A stretch of DNA of 64,000 nucleotides from an uncultured delta proteobacterium. Its GTDB lineage: Bacteria > Desulfobacterota > Binatia > Binatales > Binataceae. The notes below the pieces were generated by a model. It was not told where the DNA came from. It made no database searches and saw nothing but the letters and a program-made list of their open reading frames with translations. The stretch spans positions 704,001 through 768,000 of the forward strand of contig CAWCDG010000004.1 of NCBI GenBank assembly GCA_963794325.1. Direction: 5' to 3'. This document shows, one piece after another, positions 8,957-19,271 of the stretch; position 1 is the stretch's first letter, and the number at the start of each line of letters is the position of its first letter. Position numbers and translations under genes: made by a program.

Positions 8957-9093
8957 CGTATTTCCTCATCGGCACGATTACTTGACGGTGTGAGGATGTT
9001 TGGCATCATTTCGTAGCGCCATCAAGCGTCGTGGGCGAGGTGTTCGCCGCGCACTGCGGCGGCGTATTATATTGCGACGACGGGCGGGTAATC

Positions 9094-10203
9094 GTGAAAG
9101 TCAAAGCTGCAATCGCGAACAAGGCCGGCGAGCCGCTCGAGGTCGCAAGCGTCGAGCTCGAAGGGCCAAAGGCCTGCGAGGTGCTGGTCGAAATCAAGGC
9201 CACGGGAATCTGCCACACCGACGCATACACTTTGTCGGGCGCCGATCCGGAAGGTCTCTTCCCCGCGATCCTTGGGCATGAAGGCGCGGGCGTCGTAGTC
9301 GAAACCGGGCCGGGCGTGACGACGCTGAAGCGCGGCGATCACGTAATCCCGCTGTACATTCCGGAATGCCGCAATTGTCCCGCCTGCCTCTCGGGCAAGA
9401 CCAATCTATGCACTGCGATTCGCGAGACGCAGGGGCGCGGCGTGATGCCCGACGGCACCAGCAGATTTTCGCGGGGCGGGAAACCGCTGCATCATTATAT
9501 GGGGACGTCGACGTTCGCGAATTTCACCGTGGTGCCCGAGATTGCGCTGGCGAAGGTCCGCGAGGACGCGTCGTTCGAAAAGATTTGTTACATCGGATGC
9601 GGCGTGACGACTGGAATCGGCGCGGTGCTGAATACCGCGAAGGTGCAAGCCGGCGATCGAGTGGTGGTATTCGGGCTCGGCGGGATCGGGCTCAACGTGC
9701 TGCAAGGTGCGCGGCTGGCGGGCGCGTCGATGATCGTCGGGGTCGATCTGAATCCCGCGCGCAAACCGATCGCCGAGAAGTTCGGCATGACGCATTTCGT
9801 GAATCCCGCGGAGGTCGAGGGTGAGCTGGTGCCGCATCTCGTGAACCTGACGCGCGGCGGCGCGGATTTTTCTTTCGAATGCATCGGCAACGTGAAGCTG
9901 ATGCGGCAGGCGCTCGAATGCTGTCAGCGGGGATGGGGCACCAGCGTGATTATCGGCGTCGCGGGCGCGGGGCAGGAGATTTCGACGCGGCCGTTTCAGC
10001 TCGTGACGGGACGCACTTGGAAAGGCACGGCGTTTGGCGGCGCGCGCGGGCGTCGCGACGTGCCGAAAATCGTCGATTGGTACATGGAAGGCAGGATCAA
10101 TATCGACGATCTGATCACGCACGTGATGCCACTCGACAAAATCAACGACGCGTTTCAGTTGATGCATGAAGGGAAGTCGATTCGCAGCGTGGTGACGTTC
10201 TAA
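9094..10203 (+). CDS. frmA: S-(hydroxymethyl)glutathione dehydrogenase / class III alcohol dehydrogenase
   Basis: GICHTDAYTLSGADPEGLFP, EISTRPFQLVTGR; GTG start at 9094. Confidence 0.93.
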   Translation: MKVKAAIANKAGEPLEVASVELEGPKACEVLVEIKATGICHTDAYTLSGADPEGLFPAILGHEGAGVVVETGPGVTTLKRGDHVIPLYIPECRNCPACLSGKTNLCTAIRETQGRGVMPDGTSRFSRGGKPLHHYMGTSTFANFTVVPEIALAKVREDASFEKICYIGCGVTTGIGAVLNTAKVQAGDRVVVFGLGGIGLNVLQGARLAGASMIVGVDLNPARKPIAEKFGMTHFVNPAEVEGELVPHLVNLTRGGADFSFECIGNVKLMRQALECCQRGWGTSVIIGVAGAGQEISTRPFQLVTGRTWKGTAFGGARGRRDVPKIVDWYMEGRINIDDLITHVMPLDKINDAFQLMHEGKSIRSVVTF

Positions 10204-10215
10204 TTTTTCGGTTTG

Positions 10216-10632
10216 ATGCAGGCAAAAATACATTGCGCGTTGGTATTTTCGATTGTCGCGTGCGCGATTGCGCTTGCTGGATGCTCGTCGCATCAGACGC
10301 AGCAGCAGAAGTTCGTGGACGCGATGAATCACGGCAACGCCGCGCAGGCCAACCAGATTTGGCTCCACATGGACGCCAAGAGCCGCGCCGATTTTTCGCA
10401 CAGCCAGGGGATGACGCCAGAGACGTCGCCTGACGACGTGAAAAAGCAGGTGATGCAGCACTACCAGGACAAGATGGGCAGCGATGAGGAGAATGACGGC
10501 GAAACGATCGAAAGGCCGACGCCGAATGTCCATCTCGGTGGCTTGGAGAGCCTTCCCGAGTGGGTCGGACCGACCGGCGCGGCACCGCAGGCAGTCACAG
10601 TGCCGACCACCCGGAACGAGCCGTCGAATTAG
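10216..10632 (+). CDS. Hypothetical lipoprotein
   Basis: Signal peptide with LAGC lipobox. Confidence 0.7.
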   Translation: MQAKIHCALVFSIVACAIALAGCSSHQTQQQKFVDAMNHGNAAQANQIWLHMDAKSRADFSHSQGMTPETSPDDVKKQVMQHYQDKMGSDEENDGETIERPTPNVHLGGLESLPEWVGPTGAAPQAVTVPTTRNEPSN

Positions 10633-10643
10633 GCCGGGCATCG

Positions 10644-11798
10644 ATGGAGTTTGGGCCCACCGCCGAGCAGAAGCTGCTGCAAGAGACGCTGCGCGACTTC
10701 GCACGGCGCGAGCTGCTTCCGAATTACGCGTCGCACGACGCGGACAAGGATCTGCCGCCGGCGCTGGTGAGGAAACTCGGCGAGATGGGCCTGCTTGCGC
10801 CGACGGTCGATACGCATCTGGGCGGATCGAAGCTGGACTACGTGTCGCTCGGAATCGCGCATGAGGAAATCGCGCGCGGCGATTTCAATGCCGCATATGT
10901 GCTTTTACTGGCAGCGCTGGTCGGCGCGATAATCTCGCGCAGCGGCGACGAACGTCAGCAGGCTGCGTACCTACCATCGATATGTCGCGGTGAAACTATC
11001 GCGGCGCTCGCGGTGACCGAGCCCGGCGGTGGCTCCGACGCGGCGCATATAATGATGCAAGCGCGTCGCGACGGGGATAACTACGTCCTGAGCGGCGAGA
11101 AAACTTCGATCTCATTTTCATCATCAGCAAACACCGCCCTCCTCCTCGCGCGCACCGGGTCACCGGAGCAGGCCGCGCGAGGGGTCAGTGCGTTCTATGT
11201 CGATCTCAACTCGCCGGGCGTATCGCGCACGCGCTTTCACGACATGGGTTCGCGCGCGATCGGACGCGGCCAGCTATTTTTCGACGGCGTGCGAGTGCCC
11301 GCGGCTGATCGCATCGGCGCAGAGGGCGCGGGCTTTGTCGACGTGATGCAGGGATTCGATTTCAGCCGTTCGCTGATCGGACTGATGTGCATCGGGGCCG
11401 CCGAGCAGAGCGTCGAGGAAACTTGTGAGTATGTCGCGGAGCGGCAGGCGTTTGGAGCGCCGCTCGCGCGGTTCGAGGGAGTGTCATTTCCGCTCGCTGA
11501 AGCGGCGGTTCGGCTGCGCGCGGCACGTCTGCTTTGTTACGAAGCGCTGTGGCTGAAGGATCGCGGCGAACCGCATGGATGGCTCGCGGCGGGAGCAAAG
11601 TGGCTCGCGCCAGAGCTGTGCGCCGACGTTTTGCACCAATGCATTCTGCTCTACGGGCATCTGGGCTTCAGCCTCGATTTCCCGCATCAGCAGCGGATGC
11701 GCGACGTGATCGGACTCGAGATTGGCGACGGCACCGCGCAAATTATGAAGACGATTGTCGCGCGCGAGATTATCGGCAAGACTGCTCGCCCGTACTAG
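10644..11798 (+). CDS. Acyl-CoA dehydrogenase (cyclohexanecarboxyl-CoA dehydrogenase-like)
   Basis: AVTEPGGGSD, GEKTSIS, RDVIGLEIGDGTAQIMK. Confidence 0.88.
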   Translation: MEFGPTAEQKLLQETLRDFARRELLPNYASHDADKDLPPALVRKLGEMGLLAPTVDTHLGGSKLDYVSLGIAHEEIARGDFNAAYVLLLAALVGAIISRSGDERQQAAYLPSICRGETIAALAVTEPGGGSDAAHIMMQARRDGDNYVLSGEKTSISFSSSANTALLLARTGSPEQAARGVSAFYVDLNSPGVSRTRFHDMGSRAIGRGQLFFDGVRVPAADRIGAEGAGFVDVMQGFDFSRSLIGLMCIGAAEQSVEETCEYVAERQAFGAPLARFEGVSFPLAEAAVRLRAARLLCYEALWLKDRGEPHGWLAAGAKWLAPELCADVLHQCILLYGHLGFSLDFPHQQRMRDVIGLEIGDGTAQIMKTIVAREIIGKTARPY

Positions 11799-11821
11799 TT
11801 CGAATGGGAGACGGTAGCTGC

Positions 11822-14236
11822 ATGGCTGGGACGAAATGGCCGATCGTGTGGGACGCGCGATGGATTTGGGCCGGGCCTGCGCCGTTGCCGGTGTCGCCGA
11901 TCGGCGCCGCGAACATTCCGCCGAAAGAAACCTGGAATCGATTCTGCTATCTGCGACGGACTGTTCAACTCGATGCGATCCCAGCGGCGGTGCCCGCGCG
12001 AGTGACGGCCGACTCGCGCTTCGTGCTGTTTGTCAACGGCGTCGAAGTCGCGCGCGGGCCGGCGCGATCGATACCAGAGCGGCTGGCATGGACCGAGATC
12101 GATCTCGCGCCGTACCTTCGCGCGGGGCGAAACGCGATCGCGGCGCTGGTGCGATTTTACGGAGTGCCGGGACCATGGTGGCGTCCCGCGGCGCCGAGCT
12201 TCCTGATTGGCTTTGGATCGTTCGCGTTTGAAGCGCCGGTTATCGGCGTGATCTCGGACGCGTCGTGGAAAGGACGCGCCGCGCCGTATCGGCAGGACGT
12301 CGTGCGGGGTGCGGCTCTGCCGGTGCCGCCGACTGAAATCCTCGATGGCGCTGCGATTCCCGCCGGATGGAACGACGCGGCATTCGACGATTCCGATTGG
12401 CCGCCCGCGGTCGAATTGTCGGCGGGCACTTTTTCATACAATCGGATGCGAATCCCGGTCGAGCCTTTTACCTCACCCGAGCCTGACCAGATTGCGCCAC
12501 TGACTTCGATTCCGATCGCGCTGACAGAAATATCGCGTCGTTCGGTGGCGGCGCTCAACAGCGACGATCCGCGCGGCGCGTATCCGACGATCGAGCAGGC
12601 CGCTGACGGTCCCGACACGATCGTCAATTTCGACGCGGGCATGATCACGCTCGCGACGCCGTGGGCCGTCGTGCGCGGTCCCGCGGGTTCAATCGTCGAT
12701 GTCTACTGCGGCGAGGACGCGCGCGCCGACGGCAGCGCGGAGACGCAGCCTCGCCAATTTGCGATGCGGTATATCCTACGCGGCGAAGGGGCAGAACGGT
12801 TCGACTCGTACGAGGCGGTCGGCTTCCGTTATCTGTCGGTCGTCGCGCGCGGCGGTGCGCAGCTCGAGTCGGCAGGTGCAATCGAGCGGCGCTATCCGCG
12901 CGGCGACGAGGCGTACTTCGAATGTGACGACCTGGCGCTCAACAAAATCTGGCGGGTCGGCGCGCGCACGCTGGAACTCTGCTCGACCGACGCCTTCATC
13001 GATTGTCCCGGCCGCGAGCAGCGCGCGTGGCTCGGCGACTCCTACATCCACGCGCTGTTGACGTACGTGACCAACACCGACTGGCGCCTCGTACGACGCC
13101 ATCTGCGAATCTGCGCGCATTCGCGGCGCGGCGACGGTCTGCTCGCGATGGCTGCGGCCTGCGACTTCTCGATTTCGTCGACCACGATTCCCGACTACTC
13201 GTTGCATTGGATTCGTGCGCTCGCGCGCTACTTCGAATATTCGGGCGACAGTGCGACGGTTCGCGAGTTGATGCCGACCGCAGTCGGCGTGCTGTCGGCG
13301 TTCGAGCGTTATCGCGCGCCGGACGGATTGATTCGCGGGATGCCGGGATGGACCTTCATCGACTGGGCAATGACCGAGCGGTCGGAAGTTACCGGCGCGC
13401 TCGATGCTCTTTACGCCGCGGCTCTCGATGACTTCGCATCGCTCGCTGAAAATGTCATGGCGGATTCGAGCACGGCGACCGATGCTCGCGCACGCGCTCA
13501 GCGGACTCGGCGCGCATTCGAGCTGCTGTGGGACGAGGCCGCGGGCGTGTACGTTGACGCGGCGGATCGCAACGGCGCGCGGCGTCGCGTCAGTCAGCAA
13601 ACGAATGCGATCGCGATCGTGTCAGGATGCGCTCCACGCGAACGCTGGCCACGGATGCTCGACTACATCCTCGATGAATCGCGCGTCGTTATCACGCCGA
13701 CGATTGCCGACAACCTCGCCGCGTACTTGCGGCAGCGAATGGATCCCGCAGAGCACATGAAATTCGACGTCGAGCATGACGTGGTCGCGGCGCAGCCGTT
13801 TTTCTCGCATATCGTTCACGACGCGATCGTCCGCGCGAGGCGCCTCGATCTTATTCCCGCGCGATGCATGAAATGGTGGCCGCAGATCGAGCGCGGCGAC
13901 ACCGCGTTCGAGGAGTACTGGGACGCGCGCATCGGCACTGGGAGCCGATGTCACGCATGGTCGGCGACGCCAACCTACGATTTGACGACCTGGGTTCTCG
14001 GGGTGAGGCCGGCCGCGCCGGGCTATTCGCGCGCGGAAATCGCGCCGCAGTTCGGCAAGCTCGGGCATCTCGAGGGCCGCGTCCCAACTCCGCGGGGATT
14101 GATCGAACTTAAGCTGGATCGCGAAGCTGGCGGCGAGATTGCGATTCCGGACGGCGTCACGGCGATCGTGCGATTCGACGACGCGGCTCTCACGGGCGGC
14201 GAGCTCGGCCCGGGGCGGCATCGCATTTCCCGTTGA
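11822..14236 (+). CDS. GH78 alpha-L-rhamnosidase-like glycoside hydrolase
   Basis: DCPGREQRAWLGD, FIDW, EYW, SRCHAWS motifs; no obvious signal peptide. Confidence 0.8.
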   Translation: MAGTKWPIVWDARWIWAGPAPLPVSPIGAANIPPKETWNRFCYLRRTVQLDAIPAAVPARVTADSRFVLFVNGVEVARGPARSIPERLAWTEIDLAPYLRAGRNAIAALVRFYGVPGPWWRPAAPSFLIGFGSFAFEAPVIGVISDASWKGRAAPYRQDVVRGAALPVPPTEILDGAAIPAGWNDAAFDDSDWPPAVELSAGTFSYNRMRIPVEPFTSPEPDQIAPLTSIPIALTEISRRSVAALNSDDPRGAYPTIEQAADGPDTIVNFDAGMITLATPWAVVRGPAGSIVDVYCGEDARADGSAETQPRQFAMRYILRGEGAERFDSYEAVGFRYLSVVARGGAQLESAGAIERRYPRGDEAYFECDDLALNKIWRVGARTLELCSTDAFIDCPGREQRAWLGDSYIHALLTYVTNTDWRLVRRHLRICAHSRRGDGLLAMAAACDFSISSTTIPDYSLHWIRALARYFEYSGDSATVRELMPTAVGVLSAFERYRAPDGLIRGMPGWTFIDWAMTERSEVTGALDALYAAALDDFASLAENVMADSSTATDARARAQRTRRAFELLWDEAAGVYVDAADRNGARRRVSQQTNAIAIVSGCAPRERWPRMLDYILDESRVVITPTIADNLAAYLRQRMDPAEHMKFDVEHDVVAAQPFFSHIVHDAIVRARRLDLIPARCMKWWPQIERGDTAFEEYWDARIGTGSRCHAWSATPTYDLTTWVLGVRPAAPGYSRAEIAPQFGKLGHLEGRVPTPRGLIELKLDREAGGEIAIPDGVTAIVRFDDAALTGGELGPGRHRISR

Positions 14237-14283
14237 CGCTTCCCTGCCGGACAGTGTTAAGAATCGAGCGGCGCTGAACATTC

Positions 14284-15531
14284 ATGTCGATGCTGACTCC
14301 ATATCGCGTGCTCGATCTCACGAGTGAGCGCGGGCTGCTGTGCGGACAGATGCTCGCCGACCTGGGCGCCGACGTTATCAAGGTTGAGCCTCCGGGTGGA
14401 TCGCCCGTGCGCAATATCGGGCCGTTCTATAAGGACGTGCCGCATCCGAACCGATCGCTGTATTGGTGGGCGTACAATCGCAACAAGCGAGCGATCACGC
14501 TCGACCTCGAGCGCGAGGCCGGGCGCGATCTGCTGCGGCGGATGGTCGAGCGCGCTGATTTTCTGATCGAGTCGAATAATCCCGGCGACCTGGCGCGACG
14601 CAATCTCGGTTTCCGCGATCTTGCGAAAATAAATCCCGCTCTGATCTACGTTTCGATCACGCCGTTTGGACAGGACGGACCCAAGGCAAATTACGCCGAC
14701 ATCGATTTAATCATCATGGCCGCCGCGGGACCGCTGATCCTCGCCGGCGACGCAGATCGGCCGCCCGTGCGGCTGAGTGTTCCGCAGGCGTACCTGCACG
14801 CATCCGGCGACGCGGCGGTGGCGGCGCTCGCGGCGCATCATGAGCGTGTGCGTTCAGGACTCGGGCAACATATCGATGTCGCGGCGGTACAATCGGTTGC
14901 GATGGCGACGCAATCGCACACCCTTGCGGCGGCGCTCGGCTCCGATGAACTGCAACGGATCTCGGGCGGAGTGAAGATCGGGCCGATCGAACTCCCGCTG
15001 ATCTGGCCTGCCGAAGACGGCTTCGTCGCGATGACTTTTCTGTTCGGATCGGCGCTGGGCATCTTCACGGCCAGGCTGATGCATTTCATCTGCGAGCAGG
15101 GCTTTTGCGACGAGGCGACACGCGACAAGGATTGGATCGCCTACGGCGAGCAGCTGTTCAGCGGCGCCGAGCCGCTTTCGGAATTCGAGCGCGTCAAGGA
15201 GCTGGTCAGAAATTTTACCCGCAGTCGCACCAAGGCTGAGCTGCTCGAGCTCGCAGTCGAGCGCGGATTTCTGATCACACCGGTCACCACTATCGAGGAG
15301 GTGGTCGAGAGCGCGCAATTTGCATCGCGCGATTATTTTCAGAACGTCGCGCATCCTGAACTCGCCGAATCATTCCGATACCCGGGACCGTTTGCGAAAT
15401 TCAGCGCGACGCCGATCGAATATCGAAGAAGGCCGCCGACGGTCGGCGAGCATAATCGCGAAATCTATCGCGATGAACTCGGCTTGAGCGAACGCGAGAT
15501 CGGCGAACTCACTCGAACAGGGATCATCTGA
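14284..15531 (+). CDS. Class III CoA-transferase (CaiB/BaiF), subunit 1
   Basis: LADLGADVIKVEPPGG, YNRNKR, GEHN. Confidence 0.9.
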   Translation: MSMLTPYRVLDLTSERGLLCGQMLADLGADVIKVEPPGGSPVRNIGPFYKDVPHPNRSLYWWAYNRNKRAITLDLEREAGRDLLRRMVERADFLIESNNPGDLARRNLGFRDLAKINPALIYVSITPFGQDGPKANYADIDLIIMAAAGPLILAGDADRPPVRLSVPQAYLHASGDAAVAALAAHHERVRSGLGQHIDVAAVQSVAMATQSHTLAAALGSDELQRISGGVKIGPIELPLIWPAEDGFVAMTFLFGSALGIFTARLMHFICEQGFCDEATRDKDWIAYGEQLFSGAEPLSEFERVKELVRNFTRSRTKAELLELAVERGFLITPVTTIEEVVESAQFASRDYFQNVAHPELAESFRYPGPFAKFSATPIEYRRRPPTVGEHNREIYRDELGLSEREIGELTRTGII

Positions 15532-16748
15532 TGGCAAACGATCTGCCGCTAAAGGACATCAAGATCTGCGACTTCATGTGGGTGATGGCCGGTCCGGCCT
15601 CGACGCGGATCCTCGCCGACTATGGCGCGACCGTCGTGCGGATCGAGTCGCCGACGCGCATCGATACCGCGCGCACCCTCCAGCCCTATCACGGCAACCA
15701 ACTCGGCCCCGACAGCTCGGGACTGTTTGCCAATTGCAACGCCGGAAAGTTCGGCGTCTCGCTCGACCTCGGCAATCCCGCGGCGCGCGCGGTGGTTTAC
15801 GATCTGGTGCGATGGGCCGACGTCGTCACGGAGTCCTTCTCTCCCAAGGCGATGCGCGCGTGGGGCTTCGACTACGAAGCGATCCGCAAGATAAATCCGC
15901 GCGTCATCATGCTGAGCTCGTGCCTGATGGGACAGACCGGACCGCTCGCGAAAATCGCGGGCTTCGGGAATATGGCGGCTGCGATTGCAGGTTTCACGAA
16001 TCTCACCGGATGGCCCGACCGGCCGCCCTGCGGTGTCTTCGGCGCATACACCGACTACGTCGCGCCGCGTTTTACCGCGGTCTCGATTCTCGCCGCGCTG
16101 GATCATCGGCGCCGCACCGGCGAGGGCCAGTATATCGATCAGTCGCAGGCTGAGTGCGCACTGCACTTTCTCGGTCCCGCGATTCTCGATTACACGGTAA
16201 ATGGACGCGTCGAGGAGCGAATCGGAAATCGCGATGCCGCCTTCGCGCCGCACGGCGTTTATCCCGCCGCCGGTGATGACAAATGGATTGCGATCGTTTG
16301 CCGCGACGACGACGATTGGCGCCGCCTGTGCACCGCAATGAAAAATGAAGACCTTGCCCGCGACTCCCGCTATGCATCGGCGGCGGGACGCCTCGAGCAT
16401 CGCGACGCGATCGATTCGATGATCGCCAAGTGGAGCAGCAAACTCGATCGCGCGGCGATCGAATCAGGTTTGCAATCGTTAGGGGTTCCCGCTCATCAGG
16501 TGCAGAACAGCGCCGACGCGTATCGCGATCCGCAGTTCGCACATCGCGGACATTTCGTCGCGCTCGATCACCCGAGCCTCGGCAAATTCACGGTCGAAGG
16601 TCCGCGCGCGAAACTGTCGCGCACTCCGGCCAGTGTCCGTCGCGCTGCCCCGGCGTTGGGACAGGACAATCAACACGTGCTCGAAAACATCCTCGGCTAC
16701 GACGAAACACGAATCAGCGAATTGGCGGCGTCCGGTGCGCTCGGCTAG
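15531..16748 (+). CDS. Class III CoA-transferase (CaiB/BaiF), subunit 2
   Basis: WVMAGP, LADYGATVVRIE, AYTDY; stop/start overlap with subunit 1. Confidence 0.9.
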   Translation: MANDLPLKDIKICDFMWVMAGPASTRILADYGATVVRIESPTRIDTARTLQPYHGNQLGPDSSGLFANCNAGKFGVSLDLGNPAARAVVYDLVRWADVVTESFSPKAMRAWGFDYEAIRKINPRVIMLSSCLMGQTGPLAKIAGFGNMAAAIAGFTNLTGWPDRPPCGVFGAYTDYVAPRFTAVSILAALDHRRRTGEGQYIDQSQAECALHFLGPAILDYTVNGRVEERIGNRDAAFAPHGVYPAAGDDKWIAIVCRDDDDWRRLCTAMKNEDLARDSRYASAAGRLEHRDAIDSMIAKWSSKLDRAAIESGLQSLGVPAHQVQNSADAYRDPQFAHRGHFVALDHPSLGKFTVEGPRAKLSRTPASVRRAAPALGQDNQHVLENILGYDETRISELAASGALG

Positions 16749-16758
16749 CCGGGGCCTC

Positions 16759-16787
16759 CAATCCGACGTGCGCCGCGCGACGTATCT
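16759..16787 (+). promoter_or_regulatory. Putative autoregulatory ECF promoter CAATCC-N16-CGTATCT
   Basis: Same motif with the same spacing recurs at 18239-18267. Confidence 0.65.
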
Positions 16788-16802
16788 GGAAGTAGAAGCC
16801 AG

Positions 16803-17363
16803 GTGGTGACGGCGGCCGACAACAAGATTTCCGATGAAGCACTCGTGTCTGCAATGGCCAGCGGCGATCAGGAAAGTTTGGCCAGGTTGAATCAACGCTA
16901 CGGCCGCGCGCTCGGCGCGGTCGCGGATAGAATCCTGCACGACAAGGCCGATGCTGAAGAAGTCGCGGCGGACGTTTTGTGGCAGCTCTGGCGGGAGGCA
17001 TCGCGATTCGATCGCAGTCGCGGCTCGGTCGGCGCGTGGATCATGATGACCGTGCGAAGCCGCGCGATCGATCGACTGCGCGCACGCAAGGCTCGCGAAC
17101 CTCGCGGCAGCAACGTTGCAGGGGTCAGCGTCGCTGATGATCCATCAAGCGAAATTCACAGCGCCGACCGCCGCCGCAAAGTGGAAGTCGCACTCGCGAG
17201 CTTGAACGACGGCGAGCGTGATTTGCTGCGGCTCGCGTATTTTTCCGATCTTTCGCAATCCGAGATCGCCGAGCGCACCAGTATTCCGCTTGGCACCGTG
17301 AAGAGCAGGATGCGCGCCGGGTTGATCAGGCTGCGAGACGCACTTCGAGGGAGCGTCGAGTAA
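16803..17363 (+). CDS. ECF sigma factor (SigK-like)
   Basis: DAEEV, RSRAIDRLR, LAYF..SQSEIA, PLGTVKSRMR. Confidence 0.9.
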   Translation: MVTAADNKISDEALVSAMASGDQESLARLNQRYGRALGAVADRILHDKADAEEVAADVLWQLWREASRFDRSRGSVGAWIMMTVRSRAIDRLRARKAREPRGSNVAGVSVADDPSSEIHSADRRRKVEVALASLNDGERDLLRLAYFSDLSQSEIAERTSIPLGTVKSRMRAGLIRLRDALRGSVE

Positions 17364-17364
17364 G

Positions 17365-18222
17365 GTGGAGCACGCGGAAATCAAGGACCTGATCCCGCTC
17401 AAGGCACTCTCGCGGCTCGACCCGGATGAGGCGCGCGCGGTTGACGAGCATCTGGCGCTGGGATGCGACGAATGCGAGCGCGAGCTCGAGTCGTTCAACG
17501 AAGCGCTCGCGGCAATGGCGATCGTGGAGGCGGGCGGCGATGGTCCGTCCGATCGAATCTGGAGTCGCCTGCAGACGCGTCTCGACGCGAGCCGTCCTGC
17601 GCAGAGAATCGAAGATCGATCGACGCGCGGATCATCACGCGGGCGCGGTCTTGCGATGCTTGGTTCAGCGGCCGCAGCCGCGGTCGTCGCGATCGCCGTC
17701 AGCTACTCATTTTTCAATTCACGGATGCGAACCGACACTTCCGAGACTTCAAATGACATCGCAGCGCTCACCGCGAAAGTGATCGAGGTCCAGCGCAACC
17801 TCGATACCACCGGCGACCAGCTCGCCGCACTGCAGGCCAAGGTCGCGCAGACCACCGACTTGACCCTCGCCAGTCTCGGTCCCGACGCGCAAGTCGCTCG
17901 GCTGGCCGGTCTTGATCCGTCGCCGTCCGCGAATGGCACCGTCGCAATCAATCACGGTCAGGGCACCGCGATCCTCGAGGTCAACGGTCTTCCGCCGACG
18001 CCCGACGACAAGGAGTACGAGGTGTGGTGGATCGGCGCAAAGCAGGGGCCGCTGAGGGCCGGGCTGTTTGAACCGTCGAGTCACGGCGCGACGATCGTTT
18101 CGCTCGACCTGCCGCCGTCGGGGGAAGTGGTAATCGCCAGCGCTATCACGCTCGAGCCGCTCGGCGGAGTCGAGAAGCCGAGCGGTGCGATGTATTTGAA
18201 GGGCGATTTCCCCCGGCACTAG
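17365..18222 (+). CDS. Anti-sigma factor, RskA-like
   Basis: N-terminal HL..GCDEC, one TM, coiled coil, C-terminal YEVW/AITLEP.GG..PSG. Confidence 0.88.
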   Translation: MEHAEIKDLIPLKALSRLDPDEARAVDEHLALGCDECERELESFNEALAAMAIVEAGGDGPSDRIWSRLQTRLDASRPAQRIEDRSTRGSSRGRGLAMLGSAAAAAVVAIAVSYSFFNSRMRTDTSETSNDIAALTAKVIEVQRNLDTTGDQLAALQAKVAQTTDLTLASLGPDAQVARLAGLDPSPSANGTVAINHGQGTAILEVNGLPPTPDDKEYEVWWIGAKQGPLRAGLFEPSSHGATIVSLDLPPSGEVVIASAITLEPLGGVEKPSGAMYLKGDFPRH

Positions 18223-18238
18223 CAAAGTCGCGCGCGCG

Positions 18239-18267
18239 CAATCCGGTTCGACATCGCGCGCGTATCT
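18239..18267 (+). promoter_or_regulatory. Putative ECF target promoter CAATCC-N16-CGTATCT
   Basis: Matches 16759-16787; 5 bp before ATG 18273. Confidence 0.65.
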
Positions 18268-18272
18268 CGGGC

Positions 18273-18428
18273 ATGGAGCCGAACGAAACTGCCTTCGATC
18301 TCGATCGCTACCTGCGCGTGTGCGGCGCGACCAAGCCTGAGTGTATCGATTGGACGATGCCGCAACCGCGCCTCAGCGACGACGCGCTATTCACGATCGC
18401 TAATATGATGGACATCGAGTCGCACTAG
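18273..18428 (+). pseudogene. Truncated ferritin-like-domain gene (51-aa N-terminal fragment)
   Basis: Translates MEPNETAFDLDRYLRVCGATKPECIDWTMPQPRLSDDALFTIANMMDIESH*, resembling N-termini of ferritin-like proteins; stops at the first metal-ligand helix. Confidence 0.55.
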
Positions 18429-18472
18429 AATGTCGCTTGCCGGCTCGCGCGAGTTTCTAGTATTCGGACTGG

Positions 18473-19243
18473 ATGTTCACCGGCCTCGACCATGTCGCGA
18501 TTGTTGTCAGCGAACTTGAATCGGCGATCGCAAGCTACTCGCGCGCAGGATTTACGGTGGTTCGCGGCGGGAAACATCCGATCGGCACGCACAACGCGCT
18601 GATCGCATTCGCGGACGGCAGCTATTTCGAGCTGATCGCGTTCATCAAACCGGACACCGGACATCCCTGGCAAACGGCGCTCGAGAAGGGCGGCGGCATC
18701 GTCGATTTTTGCATGAGCACCGACAATCTCGCCGCTGACCTCGACTCGCTTCGCCGTGCGGGCGCGAAGGTTGGCAATCCGTCTCCGCTGACCCGCGATC
18801 GTCCCGACGGCTATCACCTGAGTTGGGTGCTCGCGATTCCCGCGCCTCCGTTTAATGGCCAGGTGCCGTTTCTGATCAAGGACGACACGCCGCGCGATGA
18901 GCGCGTACCGCGAGAACGTTCGCATCGCAACGGCGCGACCGGCATTCGCACGCTTGCGATCGCAGTGAATGATCCCAGCGTGACCAGCCGCTACTATGCG
19001 CGAGTTCTCGGCCGCCCCGGTGCACCGGTCGAGCGTCCAGACCTCGAAGCTGCGGGCGTCAGGTTCGCGATCGGTCCCAACGAAGTGCAGTTGCTCGCGT
19101 CGAAAAGCGACGATGGACCGCTGGCGGACTGGATTCGCGATCACGGTCAATCGCCGTTCGAGGTGGTCCTCTCGAATGCGAACGGTGCCGCGACACTTCT
19201 CGACCCTGCACTGCTGCAAGGCGCGCGGATAACGTTCGCGTGA
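18473..19243 (+). CDS. VOC/glyoxalase-like protein
   Basis: LDHV, GGKHPIGTHNALI, YFELI, PFLI. Confidence 0.88.
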   Translation: MFTGLDHVAIVVSELESAIASYSRAGFTVVRGGKHPIGTHNALIAFADGSYFELIAFIKPDTGHPWQTALEKGGGIVDFCMSTDNLAADLDSLRRAGAKVGNPSPLTRDRPDGYHLSWVLAIPAPPFNGQVPFLIKDDTPRDERVPRERSHRNGATGIRTLAIAVNDPSVTSRYYARVLGRPGAPVERPDLEAAGVRFAIGPNEVQLLASKSDDGPLADWIRDHGQSPFEVVLSNANGAATLLDPALLQGARITFA

Positions 19244-19271
19244 TTGTCTTGTAGTAGTATCCGCACTTGCG

